The position numbers were made by a program, and so were the translations under genes. This document shows, piece after piece, positions 29,847 to 39,439 of a stretch of DNA of 55,354 nt (position 1 is its first letter; each line of letters opens with the position of its first letter). The notes below the pieces were generated by a model. That model was given only the letters and a program-made list of their open reading frames with translations. It was not told the origin of the DNA and made no database searches. The DNA comes from Trichomonas gallinae (lineage: Eukaryota), in contig MRSU01011229.1 of assembly GCA_008369845.1 (NCBI GenBank), positions 1 through 55,354 of the forward strand. Reading direction: 5' to 3'.

Positions 29847-30257
29847 TTAATCAGTGATCTTTGATATTTCCGAAGCAATCCTACCGAAATTCGTGTGAGA
29901 TCGAATTTGTATTTTTGGAGGATAGGGCAGCTGTATAGACTCCAATGGAGTATATGGCTCTATTATTTCAGTTCCTGGGCAAAGAACTTCCTGTTTCTGA
30001 TAGTATGGACTATTGAAATTTTTCAATGAATCTTTCTGTTGTATTCGAATGGCTTTGCTCCATTCTTCGAAGACCTGTTTTTCTCTGTAATCTAATGATC
30101 GCCACATTTTGGCGAGAAGCGAAGTTATTGCTGTGCCTTTTAATTGAGGATGCAATTCTGTGGCTTTGTGTCTGTTCTGATGGCAAAAGATTTGAAAAGG
30201 TGTGACAATGAGCGGAGGTGGTGCTTTACTACTAGCGTCAACTCTTCCCGAACTCAT
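29847..30257 (-). CDS. HMG-box protein
   Basis: PP...TPFQIFC...R......HP.L....I..LLA.MWRSL...EK..F HMG-box signature. Confidence 0.85.
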   Translation of the reverse strand: MSSGRVDASSKAPPPLIVTPFQIFCHQNRHKATELHPQLKGTAITSLLAKMWRSLDYREKQVFEEWSKAIRIQQKDSLKNFNSPYYQKQEVLCPGTEIIEPYTPLESIQLPYPPKIQIRSHTNFGRIASEISKITD

Positions 30258-31451
30258 TGAGATAAAATAAATTTAATGAATTCAGAACCTTTCTTCAATT
30301 TTTTCTAAATCACTTTTTTAATTTTTTCATGAGACAAATACTTTTGTTTACAACCTTCTGGTGAACATTTTTATCACGAATGTTTTTGATTTCTGAATTG
30401 TAAACTCGGATTTTTTTAAAACATTGAGTATTGTTCAATTGCTGTTGATAATATTCTATACATACATGGTATTATTTCAAATAACACTGTAAATCTGCTT
30501 GACTCTAGTATTTTTGGTTGGCTGATATTGACAATAAAGGTATTCATTGAACATAACTTTATCACTATCATATTTTATTAATATTATGTTGGTTTTTATT
30601 GCTCTTACTGCCTAATTGTCATTATCACTAAGAGCTCCTCATTTGTATATCCATCTCATATAGTTATACAATATAGAACTATCTCCTTTATGTATGCTTA
30701 TGGCGGAAATTCAGTTAAACAAAAGCTTTTCACATGTCAAATATAGATCACAAAATATCAAAACAATAAACTTTGTAATATTACTTGCATATTAGTTATT
30801 CTATTTTAATTTAATAATCCCTCTAGATACACAAGTAAAAATGATATATCTCCTTGATTTTTTGTCTAAACTGAAATTAAAATCGATGGATAAATAGATA
30901 GAAGCAGATTAGATTCGGAATAGATACAATATGTTTTGCTATAGGATAATATTAACATAAAAACGCAAATAATCCATCTTATCACTTTTGTTGATTTAAG
31001 ATTTCAAGCATATAATAATGCATTTCATATTAGAATAGTAACATATAATAAATGAGGCAGTAAGCTATTCATTTTGAGTGCTCAGCATAATAAAAGATAC
31101 AAAAGATATGTTGAAAAATTATATATGTTGTTCATAGGTTCACAGACGTTAAGCAGTCTATAAATCATATAAAAGTGACATCTCGTTTGTTGTATAAATT
31201 TCAGTAAATGATTATTGTTGTGATATAAAAATACATATGAAATAAAGCACAAAGTCGATAAAATTATAATTTATAGAGGCTTATATGCTATTTACCAAAA
31301 TAACATAGTCTATAATTGCAAATTTGCTTCTTATCCAACAAATTTTAAAAAATTAATGCGAAAAATATGAAGAATATGCAGTTAGTAGCTCATTTATATC
31401 AAAATCAACCAAAATTTTCGAGAAAAAACGACAGAAAAATTTCAAACGTTC

Positions 31452-32615
31452 ATGACTGCATCGAAAGAACAGTATCTCGATGATATGGGGATTGTTTTCA
31501 AAAACATATTCATTCTCACGGACTCGACAATGAACACATCAGAAGTACAGTACTTTCACTGCCGTCTTCCTAAGACGAAACTGACTAATCAGAGAGTTGA
31601 TCAAGTTGTACCTTCACTTGCACCACTTCCTAGTGACAGCTACAGGCAAAAATCACGTCCTGTTGATAATATGCAGCTCCAGCCTTCTAAAATCATTCAA
31701 GAAAAATTAGAAAAGCAAGTTTCGCCTCCAATTTCACCTGTTCGCCAGGAAACACCACAAGAACCTGCAAGTCCATCACCAAAACAACAAGATTTATCAC
31801 CGCAACCAAGAAAACAATTTTTATCGCCGCAACAACCGCAAAAACAACCAGATGTTGTTCAAGAACATCTAAAACAGCCATCAGTGCCATCATCGCCAGT
31901 TAGACAGTCGCCAGCTAAACCAGCTGTTGAAGCGAAAGAATATGATTTCAAAGAATCACAGAATAAGCTCAGCCTTGCAGAGTATTGGACAATACCACTC
32001 AGAAATCAAGAGACATCTCATTTCGTTTTCTACAAAAATGCAAACGATTGCGGCTTAGTTGACGCAAATACTAAAGAAACACTCATCAAAGGCTCATTTC
32101 GTGGCAATTATATCAGTGTTTCAAATGCAGGCGAAAAGATTTGCGAAATTAAACAGACAGATGATGATACATACTTCATTTTCAACACTGAAGAGAAGCC
32201 AATGCTAGAATACTGCGCTATTAGGCTAAATCAATCATACTATGCCGACAATGGACCAATGTTGTTCGAATTATACATTCCAGCACTAAAGAAGCGTCCA
32301 GAGGGCCAGCGCTACGTATCAATCGAGACAGGAGAGGTTTCTGGATTAGTTGCTAGAATAGTTCAAAAAGCTAAAGAAGCAATCGCAGTGAAATCTAGAA
32401 CACCACCAAATTCTGGCAGTACATTCGATTTGACATTCGATGGACTTTTCAAGAATCCTGATCCTCACAACTTCATCATCTTCCACGACTCCTCTCCTAA
32501 GAGAGTTATTGCATCTCTCGGTTGCATTGGTCCAAACTTGTATAAGGCGACAGTAACATATCCAATGTGTCCTCTCCAGTTATTCTTCGCTTGCTGTATT
32601 GTAACTTTGAAATAA
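31452..32615 (+). CDS. Tubby C-terminal-domain-like protein with an SP/Q-rich linker
   Basis: GP..F..YIP, K...P......L.F.G.......NF.I, I..LG......Y.....YPMCPLQ.F resemble the Tubby C-terminus (DY.YPL..LQAF). Confidence 0.7.
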   Translation: MTASKEQYLDDMGIVFKNIFILTDSTMNTSEVQYFHCRLPKTKLTNQRVDQVVPSLAPLPSDSYRQKSRPVDNMQLQPSKIIQEKLEKQVSPPISPVRQETPQEPASPSPKQQDLSPQPRKQFLSPQQPQKQPDVVQEHLKQPSVPSSPVRQSPAKPAVEAKEYDFKESQNKLSLAEYWTIPLRNQETSHFVFYKNANDCGLVDANTKETLIKGSFRGNYISVSNAGEKICEIKQTDDDTYFIFNTEEKPMLEYCAIRLNQSYYADNGPMLFELYIPALKKRPEGQRYVSIETGEVSGLVARIVQKAKEAIAVKSRTPPNSGSTFDLTFDGLFKNPDPHNFIIFHDSSPKRVIASLGCIGPNLYKATVTYPMCPLQLFFACCIVTLK

Positions 32616-33107
32616 TTTCCAATTCCAAAATTTTGTTTTTTAAAAATTCTCTTGCATACTAACTATACATGGATTAAACTATTTGATATATCATCAATTA
32701 CTAAAAATATACCATGACAACCAAAAATTACATCAAATACACAAATATTTTATCAAAATATAAATTGATAATTTTCAAATATCAACATTTTAACATAGTT
32801 AGATACTGTAAATTATATTATTTTTCATTTGAAGATTAATAAATAAGGAATATAAGTGAATGCTCATGAATTTTTATACGATATCAAATATCAAGTTATT
32901 TGTCTATGAAAACAAGCTATTAAAACAATGTTTTTATCATATTTTCTGTAAAAGATACTATGAACTGACTTAAAATGTCTAGAATGCTAGTTTGAAATTC
33001 GCAGTGTTATATCCTCAACGATAACCATACTTTTGATTTAGAAAATTAGGATATTTATATGATGTTGAACATGGTTATAGAGTGAAACGAAAATTGACGA
33101 CGATAAA

Positions 33108-33126
33108 AGCGGTTTGGCCTTCCTTT
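33108..33126 (+). promoter_or_regulatory. M3 (Myb-like, AGCGGTTT) plus M5 (CCTTT) core promoter of a ribosomal protein gene
   Basis: AGCGGTTT at 33108-33115 and CCTTT at 33122-33126, just before ATG 33131, with no TCAY Inr. This matches the alternative core promoter described for Trichomonas vaginalis. Confidence 0.7.
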
Positions 33127-33130
33127 TAGC

Positions 33131-33520
33131 ATGGGTCGTATCCGTACAAAGACTACAAAGAGAGCCGCCCGCCTCGTCATCGAGCGCTTCTATGGCCAAC
33201 TTTCCTTCGATTTCCAGGACAACAAGCGCGTTTGCGATGCTGTCGCTGATATCCCATCCAAGCGCATGCGCAACAAAATCGCTGGCTACGTTACCCACCT
33301 TATGCGCCGCCTTGAGCGCGGTCCAGTCCGTGGCATCTCCTTCAAGCTTCAGGAGCAGGAGCGTGAGAAGCGCGATAACTGGATGCCAACAGTTTCCAAG
33401 CTTGCTCAGCCAAAGATCCAGGTCGATGCTGACACAAAGGAAATGCTTGCCGCTATCGGCCTTGGCGAAATGGAGGGTGTTGAGGTCTTCCAGCGCCGCC
33501 AGCCAGGCAAACAACAATAA
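33131..33520 (+). CDS. RPS17: 40S ribosomal protein S17 (eS17)
   Basis: [69 protein letters not shown]; strong high-expression codon bias. Confidence 0.98.
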   Translation: MGRIRTKTTKRAARLVIERFYGQLSFDFQDNKRVCDAVADIPSKRMRNKIAGYVTHLMRRLERGPVRGISFKLQEQEREKRDNWMPTVSKLAQPKIQVDADTKEMLAAIGLGEMEGVEVFQRRQPGKQQ

Positions 33521-33521
33521 A
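33518..33521 (+). terminator. UAAA polyadenylation signal overlapping the stop codon
   Basis: The RPS17 stop TAA is followed by A. The same TAAA overlap occurs at GPN3 (26926), thioredoxin (39205) and ZPR1 (50619), as known for trichomonad 3' ends. Confidence 0.55.
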
Positions 33522-33866
33522 ATGCTTTTTATTTTATAAATCACCTTGTTGAAGTCGACAAATTTTACTTTACTAAACTTAATATAAAGCCAAAAATAAT
33601 ATTTAGCAAATTGCTTGACCGTGTTTTAAGCTATTTATTCAACCTTACGAATACAAACAAATTCTATACTGCAAAGTCATCTTCTTTTAATAATTCAATA
33701 TTATTTTGATTGTTTTTATCACCTTTGTAATGTGAGAATATATATGTGTCAGACTTTTACTTTCTTTATTCATAGCTAATTTAAACAACTGCTACAAAAA
33801 AATTCAAAAAAGATATAAATAACAGTTTAGGCGCACATGATAAGTTAAAATAGAAAGATAGATAAT

Positions 33867-34514
33867 TTAACCATTTGTGTTAAGACACTGAGTGATAATC
33901 ATGAAAGATAAGCGAACCAAATTATTCAATGGTTCTTCAATGATTTCAAATTGATGTTCCCAGATAAATTCGACCTGTGTTATGAATTGTTGTGTAACTT
34001 CTTCCATTTCTTCTTTCTTTTTCATATATGTTTTGGCAAGTTTTTGCGTTTTAGCTTCGTTTCCTTTATGAAGTGACTGTTCTAAATCAAATTTAGCAGA
34101 ATTATAAAGTAATTGAGCTTTTCGACGCTTTTCTTTGAACTTTTCAATACTGTCTAATTTTTCGTTGATATTTGTAATATTTTGAACAGCGTTCTGTGTC
34201 TCTTCCTTGATAAATTCGCTGTTTAAACATTGATGCAAATCGGTAAACATTTTAACTAATTGTTTCGCTGGTCTTGACTGTGAGTTCTTTGCAAATAATG
34301 CATTTGTCATTGCTGATTCGGCGAAGTCTTTGCCAATGTTAACTATAGGGCCAATCGTTTTGATTAAGTTCGTACAATCATTTAATAATGAATGAACACG
34401 TTCCTGTATGAGATCGAATCTACTTGCAGCATCTTCATATTTTGGGTCTATTTCGGCTCGATCAGCTCCTGTTTTCTCTCTAATTGCTTGCACTCCCATT
34501 TTAAAGAACGACAT
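33867..34514 (-). CDS. N-BAR domain protein (amphiphysin/Rvs-like)
   Basis: Amphipathic N-terminus MSFFKMGVQAIREKTG, D..YE....RF, and KR.K..L.Y......L motif; all-helical, 215 aa. Confidence 0.75.
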   Translation of the reverse strand: MSFFKMGVQAIREKTGADRAEIDPKYEDAASRFDLIQERVHSLLNDCTNLIKTIGPIVNIGKDFAESAMTNALFAKNSQSRPAKQLVKMFTDLHQCLNSEFIKEETQNAVQNITNINEKLDSIEKFKEKRRKAQLLYNSAKFDLEQSLHKGNEAKTQKLAKTYMKKKEEMEEVTQQFITQVEFIWEHQFEIIEEPLNNLVRLSFMIITQCLNTNG

Positions 34515-35208
34515 CTCAAATTCGATTTCACTTTTTATCGTTGGATTTTTCTTGACATTTTACATGTCAAATATGTTGTATTCTTCTGAATTTTATCAAA
34601 TTCTTTCATCAAGTATGAATTCTGGATTTATTCCATCATAGCAATTCATCACATAAATCCATACCATTTTCCATATTATTACGAAAAAGTGCTGTGAAAT
34701 TCCTGGAAATGAGATTAATTTTACCTGGAAAAACGATTGCTGAAGTATTTGATTCAATAACTCGATCAAACTAATCAAAATTGAGTCCTGAAATACCATA
34801 ATGCATACTGGATTTTGTCCATGATTACCAACATTTACCAAAATATCTTTGTAATATAAATTTAAACGAAACAATTTTAATGCATGCTTTCATGTTACTT
34901 TGTATTTATAAACATTCCTTGAAGAGGTTTCAATGTAAGTGCCTTAGTTTATGCTTCATAAAACGAACATTTGATCCTAGATGAACTTTTAATAACAATT
35001 TTGGGAATGAGAAGCTTGTATTGCTAATTTGTGTTAATAGCCAACTTTCCTAGGACAAAGATGTTTATACGTCAAATTGCTAAAATTACATGTCAAATTG
35101 TTATAATATCAATTTTGACACTTTACAAAGAAATTTTACATGGCAAATTATGAATTTACATGACAAGGTATTTAAACAATAAACGTGACAAAAAGTCCGT
35201 TTTTTTCA

Positions 35209-38076
35209 ATGTCTGAGGTGAAGAAGGATAGTATCTTTATACTTCTTCAAGTCCAGAACGACAACACAATGAAAATCTTTCAGAACGTCATGAAAACGAG
35301 CTTCCCGGCGACTCACGTCATCTGCCCGATGAAAAATGCCGTAGATATGGCATCGAAAGGTAAGCCTGCTTTGATAAAACCACCAACACCTGATGCTCTG
35401 TCACTACAAGGTGATCTTGTCAGCGTTGTTGTACATAACTGGCTCGCAAATCAGCAGAAAAAGCCAGCACAAAAAGAAAAAGCAAAACCAAAGCCAAATG
35501 CGAAAGGAAAGAACCCGAAGCAACAAGATGCTCCAGGGGATCAGACACCGCGAACAGAACCAGAAATTAAAGGACCGAACTTCATTTACTTAACAGAATA
35601 TCCAAAAACAGTTGAGCAACTCTCTGGAATGCAGTCAGCATCCATCCCAGTTGTTTGCGCGATAACAATTGACGCTCTACCAGCAGAAAATGAAAAACAT
35701 CCGCCTGTAAATCAAAGCCAGCCGAACTTAGACTTCAGAGTTGCATTCCACAACAATATTCCAGTCATGTCATTCACACTTTCACCAACTGGAACAAACG
35801 AAGACGTTGCGCAAAATATTTTAAATTCGATTTACAAGAATATGAATGCTTATCTTACATTCCACCAAGAAAACATCGATGTTAAGATTGTCTCAATCCC
35901 CAAGTATCCACCAGAGCCAGTTGCTGTTCCACAGCTACCAACAGATGGTAAATCTTCAAAGAAAGAAGGAAAAGCGGGAACACCTGTCCAGCAACCAACA
36001 GAAACACCAGCACCAACAGATGATGCACTCAAAGAAGCATATAAACAAGCCATTTTCCAGCAAATTGATGATTTCGTTAAAAATGCAAATAATCCAATTT
36101 TCTCAAACCAATTTCAGCATCAAGCAGAACTGCTTCCTAAATTCCAGCTCCCTGCAACACTCAGACCAATATTTTCGCACAGACCAGACTACAAGGATCC
36201 ATTTATATTCACAATGAGAGCAGCAGCCGCTAAAAACAAAATTTCGTATGATGACATCTTCTCTGTTTACGTTGTAAAGAAATTCGAAGATATGATTGGA
36301 TATCCAGTTGGCGAAAGACGCCACGCTGAAATTATTCCACTAGAATTGCTGCCAAATGTCATTGCTCCGCTTATAGGCTCATATCCAAATTTTAAATGGG
36401 CTGATTTTGCTGGAACAACATTATTAGCTTTTTATCAAACAGTTCCGGACTCAAACTATCCAGTAACGACAATTTCGGAAACATTCCACCTCCCTGTTGC
36501 AAAAGGATTCGGAAAATGGCTTGAAGAAACAAAACAAGAATTTCCAGATACTTGCGACGATCTTCCTGTTCAAACAGAGTTTTCTGCCAATGCTGGCCGT
36601 CTTCAGGAGTTTGCCAACCTTCCTGGTTCAACTTCAACAAGATCTAAACAATGCTACTACGATGAATCAGGTTTGAAGGTTGAATCATATCCAACAAAGA
36701 GCGAAAATGGCCTCACAGCCAACTTTTTAGTCACTTACAATAACAAATCTACTTTATCTTTCAATATGCAGCAGAAAAGCGGCACAGGAAACGGAAACGA
36801 GGAGGAAGAAGATCAGGTTGATGTAAATGTCAGCATCCGTGGCACATTCTGCAAGAATTGCGAATTCCATTACGAAAATTCTTCACCAAGCGCAGTTCTC
36901 TCGCTTTTCACGAAGGGATCAACAATCCAATCAACAGACAGCGAATCCATCACTTTAATAGGCGTCCCAGGAGAGCAGAAGCGCGTAATTACATCAGAAG
37001 GCCCATTAATTAGATTTACGCCAAATCCTGTTATTTACACTTTAGATGGCGCAATACAGACATACGACGGCAAGACATGGCATCTTATTGACTCAGAAGG
37101 CAAATCTTTCGTTAAAACCAGTGATGATGAATGGACTCGTGAATCTGCAAACGACGCGACATGCGAAACAATACAGACACACTTCACAAAGCGCCAAGTC
37201 ACTACGCATTCGAACGGAGTCTCTTTCATAACAGATGAAGACGAAACAATTGTTTGTTTCCCAGACGGTTCTAAGTATTACACGAATGCCAAAAAGTGGA
37301 CGCACAAGAGTCTCCCTGATGTTATTATCGATGGCGCTAAGATCATTGTCGAGAACGAAGCCTTCAAAGCAACATACGACCAGAACAACAACGTCACTCT
37401 TGATACTAAGGACGGGGAATGCTCGATGAACTTGCTGAAGAATAGCGGCCACATCATTTACTATTTCGGCCAGTTCAGAACAGTTATGACAATGATTGAC
37501 TTGTTCACAGGAACAGTGGCAAACACAGGAGCTAGAAGGTGTGTCTACTATCTAACAGAAGACTGGCAGTGGGCATTAGGCAGACAGTTGTGCTCGAAGA
37601 AAGAAATTGTGCAGCATTTCCAAGACGGCGACTTCGTTGAAAGACTTCAGAAGGTTGATGCCGTCGACGAAGGCGAAAACATGACAATAGTATCAAACGG
37701 CCACAAGCCTAGACTGTTCATTATATCAAATGATGGAGCTTGCACGCATGTGTCAGAGTTAATCTCGTCTTCTGACTTCCAGGCTGCCGCTGAACTCTCT
37801 GCTTCAAGAATCGCGAAGGAAGGAGAGAAGGACGTGATGCTGTGGTTCGACACTGAGCCAAAGAGCTACAGAGAGATGCAGATATGGACAAAGATGAGCG
37901 ATGAAGAGAAGGCTGCAATAGTTAAGGCAATTGAAGACGAAAAGAAGGCTGAAGAACTCAGAGTCAAGATTTTGGATTCTGTAGGAGATCCAAAGTGGAG
38001 AGAACTCGAAGAGAAACAGAAAGGCGAAGAAGCAGATGTTTTGGAATTCTTGAATACTAGAATAGTATCTAACTAG
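35209..38076 (+). CDS. SPAG17/PF6-like flagellar central-pair protein (short form)
   Basis: ATG 35209. FE......ER...E....L, RVITSEG.LIRF...I...DGAI, T.H..G......IV.F.DG.K and PRLFII..DG....EL recall conserved SPAG17 blocks. Confidence 0.6.
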   Translation: MSEVKKDSIFILLQVQNDNTMKIFQNVMKTSFPATHVICPMKNAVDMASKGKPALIKPPTPDALSLQGDLVSVVVHNWLANQQKKPAQKEKAKPKPNAKGKNPKQQDAPGDQTPRTEPEIKGPNFIYLTEYPKTVEQLSGMQSASIPVVCAITIDALPAENEKHPPVNQSQPNLDFRVAFHNNIPVMSFTLSPTGTNEDVAQNILNSIYKNMNAYLTFHQENIDVKIVSIPKYPPEPVAVPQLPTDGKSSKKEGKAGTPVQQPTETPAPTDDALKEAYKQAIFQQIDDFVKNANNPIFSNQFQHQAELLPKFQLPATLRPIFSHRPDYKDPFIFTMRAAAAKNKISYDDIFSVYVVKKFEDMIGYPVGERRHAEIIPLELLPNVIAPLIGSYPNFKWADFAGTTLLAFYQTVPDSNYPVTTISETFHLPVAKGFGKWLEETKQEFPDTCDDLPVQTEFSANAGRLQEFANLPGSTSTRSKQCYYDESGLKVESYPTKSENGLTANFLVTYNNKSTLSFNMQQKSGTGNGNEEEEDQVDVNVSIRGTFCKNCEFHYENSSPSAVLSLFTKGSTIQSTDSESITLIGVPGEQKRVITSEGPLIRFTPNPVIYTLDGAIQTYDGKTWHLIDSEGKSFVKTSDDEWTRESANDATCETIQTHFTKRQVTTHSNGVSFITDEDETIVCFPDGSKYYTNAKKWTHKSLPDVIIDGAKIIVENEAFKATYDQNNNVTLDTKDGECSMNLLKNSGHIIYYFGQFRTVMTMIDLFTGTVANTGARRCVYYLTEDWQWALGRQLCSKKEIVQHFQDGDFVERLQKVDAVDEGENMTIVSNGHKPRLFIISNDGACTHVSELISSSDFQAAAELSASRIAKEGEKDVMLWFDTEPKSYREMQIWTKMSDEEKAAIVKAIEDEKKAEELRVKILDSVGDPKWRELEEKQKGEEADVLEFLNTRIVSN

Positions 38077-38886
38077 ATGTTATATTATTAAAAGTTTTAT
38101 TTGTTAAAAATCTTTCTTTATCATAGCAGAAATTTGAGCATTTTGATGTAGTTTCCCCAGAAGCAGTCTCTGGTGGTGATCATGCATCAAGATTAGTGCA
38201 TTTCTGGCACTCAACTACTTTTTCAAATTTTAATTCAGCAGTACGATGTATTGAGCACATTATGACGACTATAATATGCATTTATGACCTATTTTGTCGA
38301 TAAATTTTTCGAGCCTCGCACAAAACATAAAACTTACAGTTTTACGCAAAGCACAACAGGAAACAACAGTTTACTAGTGCACGAAACCATTTATAACTGA
38401 AGTGCAACCTTATATAAAAGATCCTTAAAGACTTTTAATCACAAAATTATTTTGTTTCGAAAACCACGCGAAATGATTTTAAATAATGCTGGTAGAGAGT
38501 AGTTTGATGCATGATATATACTTTTTCAGTTTAAATTGATTAAATAAGGAATGTTGAATAAGTATTTTTGTAAATTAGTTGAAATGGGTTGGATAGAAAG
38601 GTTAGCGAGGGGTGGATTAGTGTGATTAATTGGTTCTGCTCAGCTGATTCCGATGAAATAACGGGAAATTCAAAAATTTGACAAGAAAAGTGAGATGTCA
38701 AAAATTTTGATGTGATAAAAAAATAAAATGTTTTGGAAAATATCGGGTATAAAGCAAGGTCCTACACAGTCCCATTAAGCTATTTGTGTGAACCATTCTG
38801 TGATTTATTGAGTGTTGTCAACACACAGAGAAATTGAGAGGAGCAGGCCAAATATCCAAAAATTGAATGATGACATCATTTTTAAG

Positions 38887-39207
38887 ATGGAGACTCTTGA
38901 ACCAATGAACAAGGCCGGCCTTGAGCAGAAGCTCGCCCAGGGCGCTTACGTCCTCTTCTTCACAGCTGAGTGGTGCGGCGATTGCAAGTTCATCAAGCCA
39001 CACATGCCAGATATCGAGAAGGAATTCTCCCAATTCAAGTTCATCAAGATCGACCGTGACAACAACACACCACTCTTCCAGGAACTCGACGTCCTCGGCA
39101 TCCCATCCTTCCTCATCTACAAGGAAGGAAAGGAAGTTGGCCGCTTCGTCAGCCGCGACCGCAAGACAAAGCAGGAGGTCGTTGACTTCATCAAGAAGTA
39201 CGCTTAA
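38887..39207 (+). CDS. Thioredoxin, Firmicute YtpP-like (WCGDC active site)
   Basis: ATG 38887 follows Inr TCATT. VLFFTAEWCGDCKFIKP.MP.IE..F..F.FI..DRD.......ELDV.GIPSF..Y..GKEVGRFVSRDRKTKQEV..F. Confidence 0.9.
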   Translation: METLEPMNKAGLEQKLAQGAYVLFFTAEWCGDCKFIKPHMPDIEKEFSQFKFIKIDRDNNTPLFQELDVLGIPSFLIYKEGKEVGRFVSRDRKTKQEVVDFIKKYA

Positions 39208-39439
39208 ACGCTAATTTTATTGTATAATCTAATTTACGATTTTTTTATCTCTTAATATCAGGAACCACAAACAATACATTTTCTTTTTTATGCTGAATAC
39301 AATTTAATTTTTGTATATATCATGAAGTAAATCAAAAAATATATAATAATTTTAAATAATTTGATTTCTAATAAAACCAAATACAGAAAAAGAATATATA
39401 GGCGTAGATTAGAAAAATATAACAAGAATTTTTACATAA

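Noticed and set aside
30604..31064. Inverted 10-mer CTTACTGCCT / AGGCAGTAAG
   Set aside because: Short, weak flanking similarity, no target-site duplication; compatible with chance.
33038..33544. 168-aa antisense and 141-aa alternative-frame ORFs over RPS17, and similar overlapping ORFs on the adaptins, TVP23-like, thioredoxin, ZPR1 and SNARE genes
   Set aside because: Shadow ORFs expected from the strong codon bias of the real gene; non-ATG starts or implausible composition.
38816..38828. TGTCAACACACAG, resembling the trichomonad intron 3' motif ACTAACACACAG
   Set aside because: The branch-point ACTAAC is absent, no matching 5' splice site or upstream exon is visible, and the downstream gene has its own Inr and ATG.
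38812..38886. Non-ATG or upstream extensions in the ORF track (also 12426, 19256, 35185, 41781, 43423, 49278)
   Set aside because: In this eukaryote the downstream ATG, usually Inr-preceded, is the more plausible start.
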